A stretch of DNA of 34,449 nt, taken from the NCBI GenBank assembly GCA_045656925.1, contig JAZOSC010000074.1, forward strand, positions 1 to 34,449, in the 5' to 3' direction. The DNA comes from Eubacteriales bacterium (GTDB lineage: Bacteria > Bacillota > Clostridia > Oscillospirales > CAG-272). The position numbers and the translations under genes were made by a program. Below are positions 17,170-23,343 of this stretch, piece by piece (the first letter of the stretch is position 1; the number at the start of each line of letters is the position of its first letter). The notes below the pieces were generated by a model that was not told where the DNA came from, made no database searches, and saw only the letters and a program-made list of their open reading frames with translations.

Positions 17170-17391
17170 GCATTTTTTCGATAAAATAATACACAAAAAT
17201 AGCACCTCTGTTTTGTTACTTTTTTTCGCTTTTGACGGCTTCATAAAATTGCGCCGTGACGGGCTTAAAAAAGGCCCCTTTTCCACGCGCGTGCGCCCTC
17301 GCGTACGCGCTGTAATATATGGTAACGCAGGAGCGATGCATATTGAAGGCGTATCCTCCCCATATCCCTCAAAAAATATTTGTCGCCCCTC

Positions 17392-17420
17392 TTGCATTGC
17401 AACAGAAAATGCGGTAAAAT
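17392..17420 (+). promoter_or_regulatory. Sigma-A type promoter of prfC
   Basis: TTGCAT (17392-17397), a 17-nt spacer, then TAAAAT (17415-17420). This sits 35 nt upstream of the ATG at 17455. Confidence 0.55.
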
Positions 17421-17454
17421 ATAGAGCGATATTTGTTTAAATAAGGATGACGAC

Positions 17455-19047
17455 ATGGACGAAAGAACAAGAAAAGAAATTGAGCGAAGAAGAACCTTCG
17501 CCATCATCTCACACCCTGACGCAGGTAAAACCACCCTGACGGAAAAACTGCTACTGTACGGCGGCGCCATCCAATCGGCAGGCTCGGTCAAGGGCAAGCA
17601 AAGCGACCGCCACGCCGTTTCTGACTGGATGGAGCTTGAAAAGCAACGCGGCATCTCCGTCACCTCCTCGGTGCTGCAATTTGAATACAACGGCTATTGC
17701 ATCAACATTCTCGATACCCCCGGCCACCAGGATTTCTCGGAGGATACCTACCGCACGCTCATGGCGGCAGACAGTGCCGTGATGGTGATCGATGCAGCCA
17801 AGGGTATTGAGCCGCAGACCAGAAAGCTGTTTCATGTCTGCGCCAAGCGCGGTATTCCGATCTTCACCTTTATCAACAAGCTAGACCACGAGGCACGCGA
17901 TCCCTTTGACCTCTTGGATGAGCTGGAGCGCGAGTTTGGTATCGGCACCTATCCCATGAACTGGCCCATCAGCTGCGGCGTCACCTTCAAGGGTGTATAC
18001 GACCGCCGCGAGCGCGCCATTCACGCCTTTGACAACGCGCACGGCGGCCGCAGCCGTCTTGCATCAATTGCCTGCGACATCAACGATACCGAAACACTTG
18101 ACGCGCTGATCGGCCCGAACCTGCGAGAGGAGCTTTGCGAGCAGGTAGAGCTTCTCGACGGTGCTTCCTTTGATTTCGACCTCGATGCAATTGCCAAAGG
18201 TAAGCTTTCCCCTGTTTTCTTTGGCTCGGCACTCAACAATTTCGGTGTAGAGGACTTTCTGCGTTACTTCCTACAGCTGACACCTACCCCCCTTCCCCGC
18301 ATAACAGATGCCGGCAGCGTCGATCCGTTTGACGACGGATTTTCCGCATTTGTTTTCAAAATTCAGGCCAATATGAACAAGGCCCACCGTGACCGTATTG
18401 CCTTTATGCGCATCTGCTCGGGCAAATTTGAACGCGGCAAGGAATATTTCCATATGCAGGCAGGTCGCCCTGTCAAGCTTTCACAGCCGCAGCAAATGAT
18501 GGCGGAGGAAAGAGAGGGCATCGACGAGGCTTATGCCGGCGATATCATCGGCGTATTTGACCCCGGCATTTTTTCGATTGGCGACACAGTCTGTGCCAAG
18601 GATAAAAAAGTGGTCTTTGAGGGGATCCCCACCTTTGCCCCCGAGCATTTTGCGATGGTTGAGCAAATCGACTCCATGAAGCGCAAGCAATTTGCCAAGG
18701 GCATGAACCAGATTGCACAGGAGGGTGCTATCCGCATCTTCTTTGAGCCTGATGCAGGCTATGAGCGTGTCTTTGTGGGCGTTATCGGTGTGCTGCAATA
18801 CGACGTGCTGAAATTCCGCATGAAATCGGAATACGGCGTTGACTATATCAAGCGCGAGCTGCCCTTCCAGTTTATCAAGCGCATCAAATCCTTTGACGGC
18901 GACCTCGCAAGACTTTCCCTTGCCTCTGACACCAGACGTGTGGTTGACGTGCGCGAAAAGCAATATCTGCTTTTCACGGGCCAGTGGAGCATTAAATGGG
19001 CGCTTGACAATAACCCATCACTGGTGCTTGAGGATTTTGACCAGTAA
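17455..19047 (+). CDS. prfC: Peptide chain release factor 3 (translational GTPase)
   Basis: RRRTFAIISHPDAGKTTLTEKLLLYGGAIQ, DTPGHQDF and NKLD GTPase motifs, with full-length RF3-like sequence (530 aa). Confidence 0.95.
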   Translation: MDERTRKEIERRRTFAIISHPDAGKTTLTEKLLLYGGAIQSAGSVKGKQSDRHAVSDWMELEKQRGISVTSSVLQFEYNGYCINILDTPGHQDFSEDTYRTLMAADSAVMVIDAAKGIEPQTRKLFHVCAKRGIPIFTFINKLDHEARDPFDLLDELEREFGIGTYPMNWPISCGVTFKGVYDRRERAIHAFDNAHGGRSRLASIACDINDTETLDALIGPNLREELCEQVELLDGASFDFDLDAIAKGKLSPVFFGSALNNFGVEDFLRYFLQLTPTPLPRITDAGSVDPFDDGFSAFVFKIQANMNKAHRDRIAFMRICSGKFERGKEYFHMQAGRPVKLSQPQQMMAEEREGIDEAYAGDIIGVFDPGIFSIGDTVCAKDKKVVFEGIPTFAPEHFAMVEQIDSMKRKQFAKGMNQIAQEGAIRIFFEPDAGYERVFVGVIGVLQYDVLKFRMKSEYGVDYIKRELPFQFIKRIKSFDGDLARLSLASDTRRVVDVREKQYLLFTGQWSIKWALDNNPSLVLEDFDQ

Positions 19048-19088
19048 AAAATCCAATTTTATATTTAAAAATTCCAACTTTTTTAAAA

Positions 19089-19124
19089 ATCGGCGCGCTG
19101 TTTTCCAATATCGCGCCGATTTTG
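19089..19124 (+). terminator. Rho-independent terminator of prfC
   Basis: Stem ATCGGCGCG (19089-19097) / CGCGCCGAT (19112-19120) with a 14-nt loop, followed by TTTTG. Confidence 0.7.
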
Positions 19125-19183
19125 CTGCTTTTGCAGCATTTTGCCACGCCAAAAATTCTCTGTGTCATTCCACAGCTTCCGCA

Positions 19184-19212
19184 TTGACTTTTTCAACGCT
19201 TTATGCTATACT
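19184..19212 (+). promoter_or_regulatory. Sigma-A type promoter of the DUF1292 gene
   Basis: TTGACT (19184-19189), a 17-nt spacer, then TATACT (19207-19212) preceded by TGc (extended -10). Confidence 0.55.
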
Positions 19213-19282
19213 GAATATGGCTATATGCCATGCAATTCCCCTGCTGTGCGGGGCATACTATAATAAAATGAGGTATTCAGAC

Positions 19283-19588
19283 ATGAGCGAAAAGAAAAAA
19301 CCCGAAGCGGAAGAGGTTGATATTTACATTCTGCAGGACGAAGAGGGCAACGAGCACGAGTTTGAGCTGATCGGCACCTGTGAGAAAAACGGCGTGAAGT
19401 ATTACGCCATGATTGCAGTTGAGGATGCCGATAAGGATGACGACGTATGCGAGTACACCATCCTGAAAACCGTCGCGGAAAACGGCGAGGAAACTCTCGT
19501 AACCATTGAGGATGACGACGAGTTTGATGACATTGCCGATTACTTTGACGATTTCTTCTCCTCCGAGGTTGATTACGACCAGCAGTAA
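19283..19588 (+). CDS. DUF1292-family small acidic protein (101 aa)
   Basis: MSEKKKPEAEEVDIYILQDEEGNEHEFELIG...YYAMI...EYTILK...VTIEDDDEFDDIADYF is the typical DUF1292 pattern. The true start is the ATG at 19283, with a GAGG RBS 9 nt upstream. The long ORF from 18839 overlaps prfC in another frame. Confidence 0.8.
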   Translation: MSEKKKPEAEEVDIYILQDEEGNEHEFELIGTCEKNGVKYYAMIAVEDADKDDDVCEYTILKTVAENGEETLVTIEDDDEFDDIADYFDDFFSSEVDYDQQ

Positions 19589-19903
19589 GCCCCTTGCCGA
19601 CTGCATATGCAGCAAGCCTTTCTGCCTGCCTTTCTCGTGATATTCGTTTTGCGGAGCCGACACATTTTAAATGGAGCCCGGATAAAGCTCTGTCGCGGTT
19701 TGCAGACCTCCCTCCCCTACGCCAATTGACTTGTCTTGCCGTGGGCTTGAGGACGCTGGGAGCAGTAAAGCGACAGGCAGGGCACCGCCTTGTTGATACA
19801 GGGTTCTAATGTTCGGATACACGGCCAGGTGGGTTTACATACGCGCGGGCGTAAGCGCCAAGGCGGCAATTCTGCCCTGCAGAGTTGCCGCCTTGCTTTT
19901 TTC
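19589..19903 (+). promoter_or_regulatory. Candidate cis-regulatory leader RNA (transcription attenuator or riboswitch-like), class unknown
   Basis: A non-coding 353-nt gap. CCGCCTTG is duplicated at 19785-19792 and 19888-19895, and both copies are complementary to CAAGGCGG at 19859-19866. This gives alternative antiterminator and terminator helices. No ORF in the gap has an RBS. Confidence 0.45.
19859..19902 (+). terminator. Strong intrinsic terminator ~40 nt upstream of the SPFH gene start codon
   Basis: Outer stem CAAGGCGGCAA (19859-19869) / TTGCCGCCTTG (19885-19895). Inner helix TCTGC (19871-19875) / GCAGA (19879-19883). T6 run at 19897-19902. Confidence 0.8.
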
Positions 19904-19941
19904 AAATCAAATAAAATTTATTTTCAGATTGGAGCTTTATC

Positions 19942-21210
19942 ATGGGCATTATCAAAGCAACACTTTCCGCCATGGGCGGCGGTCTTGCCGATTCCTGGCT
20001 TGAGGTTCTTGAAGCCGATAATATGGGGCCCTCCACCGTATGCTGCCGTGGCGTCAAGGTCCGCAAAAACGACCGCCGCGGCAGCAACAAGCGCAGCACC
20101 GAGGATACCATTTCAAACGGCTCTGTTATTCACGTATACGATAATCAGTTTATGCTGCTGGTTGACGGCGGCAAGGTAGTAGACTTCACTGCTGAGCCCG
20201 GCTACTACAAGGTAGACAATTCCGCCATGCCCTCCATGTTTGCGGGGCAGTTTGGCCAAGCACTGAAGGAAACCTTCGGCCGTATCAGATACGGCGGCGT
20301 GCCCTCCACCTCGCAAAAGGCCTATTTCATCAACCTGCAGGAAATCAAGGGCATCAAATTCGGCACGCGCACACCCGTCAACTACTTTGACAATTTTTAT
20401 AATGCCGAGCTTTTCCTGCGTGCCTTTGGCACCTACTCGGTCAAAATTACCGATCCCCTCAAATTTTATGCCGAGGTCGTTGCACGCAACGCCACGCACG
20501 TAGATATCGATGAAATCAACGAGCAGTACCTTTCGGAATTTTTAGAGGCTCTGCAGGCAGCCATCAACCGGATGTCAGCTGACGGCATTCGCATTTCACA
20601 CGTGGCATCTCAATCCCGCGCCCTTTCCGATTACATGGCACGCGAGCTGGATGCCGAATGGAACACGTTGCGCGGCTTTGAGGTGCTCTCGGTTGGTATT
20701 GCCAGCATTTCCTACGACGAGGAGTCGAAAAAGCTGATCAATATGCGAAACCAAGGCGCTATGCTCGGTGACGCGACCGTGCGCGAGGGCTTCGTGCAGG
20801 GCGCGATGGCGCGCGGCTTTGAGGCGGCAGGCAGCAATCCGAACGGCAGCGGCACCACCTTTATGGGTATGGGCATGGGCATGGGTGCCGCAAGCGGCTT
20901 TGGTGCATTTTCCGAAACCAACCGCGCCGCAATGGAGCGTGAAGCACAGGCAAAGGCAACCGCCCCTGACAGTTGGACCTGCCCTGCCTGCGGTCAGACG
21001 GTCACAGGCAAATTCTGCGCCGAATGCGGTGCCAAAAGACCTGCACCCACAGGAAGCTGGACCTGCCCTGTCTGCGGCAAGTCCTGTGACGGAAAATTCT
21101 GCTCTGAATGCGGCGCAAAGGCCCCCCTGTCGGAAAAATGGTTCTGCGCGGACTGCGGCACAGAAAACGATGGCAATTTTTGCCGTAACTGCGGCAAAAG
21201 GAAGGCATAA
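19942..21210 (+). CDS. SPFH-superfamily protein (Band_7_1 type, YdjI-like) with a Gly/Met-rich linker and three C-terminal zinc ribbons
   Basis: The N-terminal ~300 aa resemble B. subtilis YdjI / 'virion core protein'-type SPFH proteins in architecture and partial motif similarity. This is followed by GMGMGMGAASG and three CxxC-N8-10-CxxC units. RBS GGAG lies 7 nt upstream. Confidence 0.75.
   Translation: MGIIKATLSAMGGGLADSWLEVLEADNMGPSTVCCRGVKVRKNDRRGSNKRSTEDTISNGSVIHVYDNQFMLLVDGGKVVDFTAEPGYYKVDNSAMPSMFAGQFGQALKETFGRIRYGGVPSTSQKAYFINLQEIKGIKFGTRTPVNYFDNFYNAELFLRAFGTYSVKITDPLKFYAEVVARNATHVDIDEINEQYLSEFLEALQAAINRMSADGIRISHVASQSRALSDYMARELDAEWNTLRGFEVLSVGIASISYDEESKKLINMRNQGAMLGDATVREGFVQGAMARGFEAAGSNPNGSGTTFMGMGMGMGAASGFGAFSETNRAAMEREAQAKATAPDSWTCPACGQTVTGKFCAECGAKRPAPTGSWTCPVCGKSCDGKFCSECGAKAPLSEKWFCADCGTENDGNFCRNCGKRKA
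20974..21207 (+). repeat. Three tandem in-frame 81-84-nt repeats, each encoding a zinc-ribbon unit
   Basis: The units are WTCPACGQTVTGKFCAECGAKRP, WTCPVCGKSCDGKFCSECGAKAP and WFCADCGTENDGNFCRNCGKRKA. They start at 20974, 21058 and 21139, and the similarity is also visible at the DNA level (TGGACCTGCCCTG(C/T)CTGCGG). Confidence 0.85.
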
Positions 21211-22304
21211 TGCCGTTTATGAACACGACAGTTACTTACCAATGCCCCAACTGCTCCGCCGGCCTGCAATTTGACCCTGAAAAAGGACGGTTTGCCTGTG
21301 AATACTGCCTGTCCGAATTTACAGAGCAGGAGCTTTCCGATACCGAAACGGCACGCGCGGCAGAGGATGCCGCCTCCGAGGCGGCAAAGCGCGCAGCAGA
21401 GAATAGCGAAGCGGTAGACGAGGTATACAGCGAGGGCTTAAGCGGCTATAGCTGTGCCGCCTGCGGCGCAGAGCTGCTTGCCGACAAGAATACCGCCGCA
21501 ACCTTTTGCCCATACTGTCACAACCCTGTTTTACTCGCAGGCAAGCTTGCGGGACAAATGCGGCCGCACAAGGTTATTCCCTTTAAAATCAACCGTGACG
21601 GCGCAGAAAAAACCTTTCTCGACTATGCGAGGAGGAAAAAGTTTTTACCGAAGGATTTTCTCTCGCAAAAGCAGCTTGCACACATGACGGGTATTTACTA
21701 TCCGTTTTGGGTAACCGATGCCGATGTAAGTGCTTCTATAAGTGCGCGCGCCACGCGCGTGCGTTCCTGGCGTGCAGGCGATTACCGTTATACCGAAACC
21801 TCAAGATACCATATCCGCCGTGCGGGCGAAATCCATTTTGAGGACATTGTCACCCCAGCCCTTACCGATGAGGACCGCGAAATGCTTGACGGCATTCTCC
21901 CCTACCCTGCCGATGCGCTGCGGGAATTTTCCATGCCCTACCTCTCGGGTTTTGTGGCAAAAAAGCGCAACCTTGAGCAGGCAAGTGTACGCGATGCGGT
22001 ATATACGCGCATGACCGATTACTCACAAACGCTGCTGCGGGACACCATACACGGCTACGCCACCGTCACATCGGAAAGTCCGCGTCTTCTAACGCGCGTT
22101 ATGCACTGGGATTACACCCTGATGCCAATCTGGCTTCTCACCTACAAGCACCGCAAAAAAACCTTCACCTATGCCATTAACGGCCATACGGGCAAAATTT
22201 ACGGTTCCTTCCCCATCAGCGTGGGCAGGCTTGCACTGTTCTCTCTGTTGGTCGGAATTGCCGCAGGGCTATTAAGCGGTCTGATTGCCCTTTTGGCATT
22301 TTAA
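21210..22304 (+). CDS. Double zinc-ribbon membrane-anchored protein (YdjG-like)
   Basis: Zinc ribbon 1 is YQCPNCSAGLQFDPEKGRFACEYC and zinc ribbon 2 is YSCAACGAELLADKNTAATFCPYCHN. There is one C-terminal TM helix (LALFSLLVGIAAGLLSGLIALLAF). The start overlaps the upstream stop by 1 nt (TAATG). Confidence 0.65.
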   Translation: MPFMNTTVTYQCPNCSAGLQFDPEKGRFACEYCLSEFTEQELSDTETARAAEDAASEAAKRAAENSEAVDEVYSEGLSGYSCAACGAELLADKNTAATFCPYCHNPVLLAGKLAGQMRPHKVIPFKINRDGAEKTFLDYARRKKFLPKDFLSQKQLAHMTGIYYPFWVTDADVSASISARATRVRSWRAGDYRYTETSRYHIRRAGEIHFEDIVTPALTDEDREMLDGILPYPADALREFSMPYLSGFVAKKRNLEQASVRDAVYTRMTDYSQTLLRDTIHGYATVTSESPRLLTRVMHWDYTLMPIWLLTYKHRKKTFTYAINGHTGKIYGSFPISVGRLALFSLLVGIAAGLLSGLIALLAF

Positions 22305-22317
22305 TCAGGGGGGACAT

Positions 22318-23067
22318 ATGAAAAAGCTTCTCACATGCACGCTGATTTTATTACTCACAGCACTCCTGACCGTTCCAACCTTTGCCTATCATGTCACGGC
22401 ACGGGACGAGCTGACCAATCCCAATAACCCTTTAGGGGCTGAAACCTATACCTATACCGTGGCCGACGGCACCGATGCAGGCGGCGTCGCCTATTACCTA
22501 TGGAGCAAGAAGGCCGCCTCAAAAAGCGACCTACCCTCCGAAAGCACCGTTGCAAGCGTGCTGGGCTTTTCGGAGAATGCTGACGCGGTTGTCCTCCTCG
22601 TCCGCCTGGTTGGCACAACTTATTACTACGATATGTACACCTTCGGTGCGGCAAACGATATTTTTTCCGATGACGCCGTAAACACAATTCTTGACAACAC
22701 CGACGTGTACCGCAAGCTCAAGAGTGGCGATGTTTCAGGTGGCTCCCTTGACTTTTTTAACCTCTGCACCGACCTGATTCTCTACGAGGCCGAGCGCGAG
22801 GCCGCCTATGAAGCGGCAAAGCCGTTTCGTATCCTGCGTCTTTCGCTGATTGTCGCTGTGCTGGCCGGTGGCTTGACCGCGCTTGGCATTACCCTGCATT
22901 ACCGCCGCAAAAAACGTGGTTCCTCCTACCCGCTTGACAGATATGCCAGGCTGAATCTTACGCTTCGTGAGGATCGCTTTGTCGGCAGCTTTGTGACACG
23001 CACACGGATTCAGAGCAGCAGCGGCAGCAAAGGTAGCAGCGGTGGCAGTCACCGTGGCGGTCGCTGA
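22318..23067 (+). CDS. TPM-domain membrane protein (YdjH/UPF0603-like) with a Gly/Ser-rich C-terminal tail
   Basis: Signal peptide MKKLLTCTLILLLTALLTVPTFA. A TPM-like core (AVVLLVRLVGTTYYYDMYTFG...SGDVSGGSLDFF). A TM helix (LSLIVAVLAGGLTALGITL). A tail SSSGSKGSSGGSHRGGR typical of TPM proteins. The ATG at 22318 has an RBS of GGGGGG type. Confidence 0.6.
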   Translation: MKKLLTCTLILLLTALLTVPTFAYHVTARDELTNPNNPLGAETYTYTVADGTDAGGVAYYLWSKKAASKSDLPSESTVASVLGFSENADAVVLLVRLVGTTYYYDMYTFGAANDIFSDDAVNTILDNTDVYRKLKSGDVSGGSLDFFNLCTDLILYEAEREAAYEAAKPFRILRLSLIVAVLAGGLTALGITLHYRRKKRGSSYPLDRYARLNLTLREDRFVGSFVTRTRIQSSSGSKGSSGGSHRGGR

Positions 23068-23097
23068 TCTGCCATTTACAGCCTTATACGCAAAAAA

Positions 23098-23121
23098 GCA
23101 CCCCAACGGGGGTGCTTTTTT
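23098..23121 (+). terminator. Rho-independent terminator of the SPFH/ZnR/TPM operon
   Basis: Stem GCACCCC (23098-23104) / GGGGTGC (23109-23115) with loop AACG and a T6 run at 23116-23121. Confidence 0.8.
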
Positions 23122-23242
23122 CGGTTATACACTTAAAAGAAGTCTTCCCCGCAGTCTATCCGCTTTGCTTTTTTCTGCCCTCATTGGCTCGTTCATTTCC
23201 ACGCATTTTGTAACGATCTCATAGGAGCTATAGACTTTTTAG

Positions 23243-23271
23243 TTGACAAACAGGCGCACGCACGATATAAT
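23243..23271 (+). promoter_or_regulatory. Perfect-consensus sigma-A promoter of the LRR lipoprotein gene
   Basis: TTGACA (23243-23248), a 17-nt spacer, then TATAAT (23266-23271). Confidence 0.65.
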
Positions 23272-23343
23272 AATTTTAAAAATTCTAAAAAGTATTCAGA
23301 CCGAGATTGCTCACACCAATAAAAACACTCGAAAGGAGTACAT

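Noticed and set aside
17089-17690. ORFs in the nrdD-prfC intergenic region (17089..17397 -, 17093..17440 +, 17265..17690 -)
   Set aside because: They have no RBS, they overlap the predicted promoters or the prfC 5' end, and their composition is typical of random AT-rich spacer translation.
18839-19282. Long N-terminal extension of the DUF1292 ORF (249-aa version)
   Set aside because: It overlaps the 3' end of prfC in another frame. It also runs through the prfC terminator and the DUF1292 promoter. The DUF1292 homology starts at the ATG at 19283, which has its own RBS.
19800-19826. Partial resemblance to the guanidine-I (ykkC) riboswitch core (AGGGTTC ... ACACGG)
   Set aside because: The other invariant ykkC blocks (GGUCCGAGAG and CCCGGGAGA in the correct order) are absent. 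The downstream genes are also not guanidine carboxylase or transporter types.
19594-19905. ORFs inside the leader region (19594..19809 +, 71 aa; 19717..19905 -, 62 aa; 19790..20179 +; 19809..20003 +)
   Set aside because: None has a Shine-Dalgarno sequence. They have non-ATG or context-less starts and overlap the terminator hairpin or the SPFH gene in other frames. The region is better explained as structured RNA.
20768-21274. 168-aa alternative-frame ORF, plus minus-strand ORFs, across the zinc-ribbon repeat region
   Set aside because: They are alternative frames of a GC-rich repeated coding segment. The main frame gives perfect CxxC...CxxC periodicity while the alternatives give Ala, Arg and Pro-rich nonsense.
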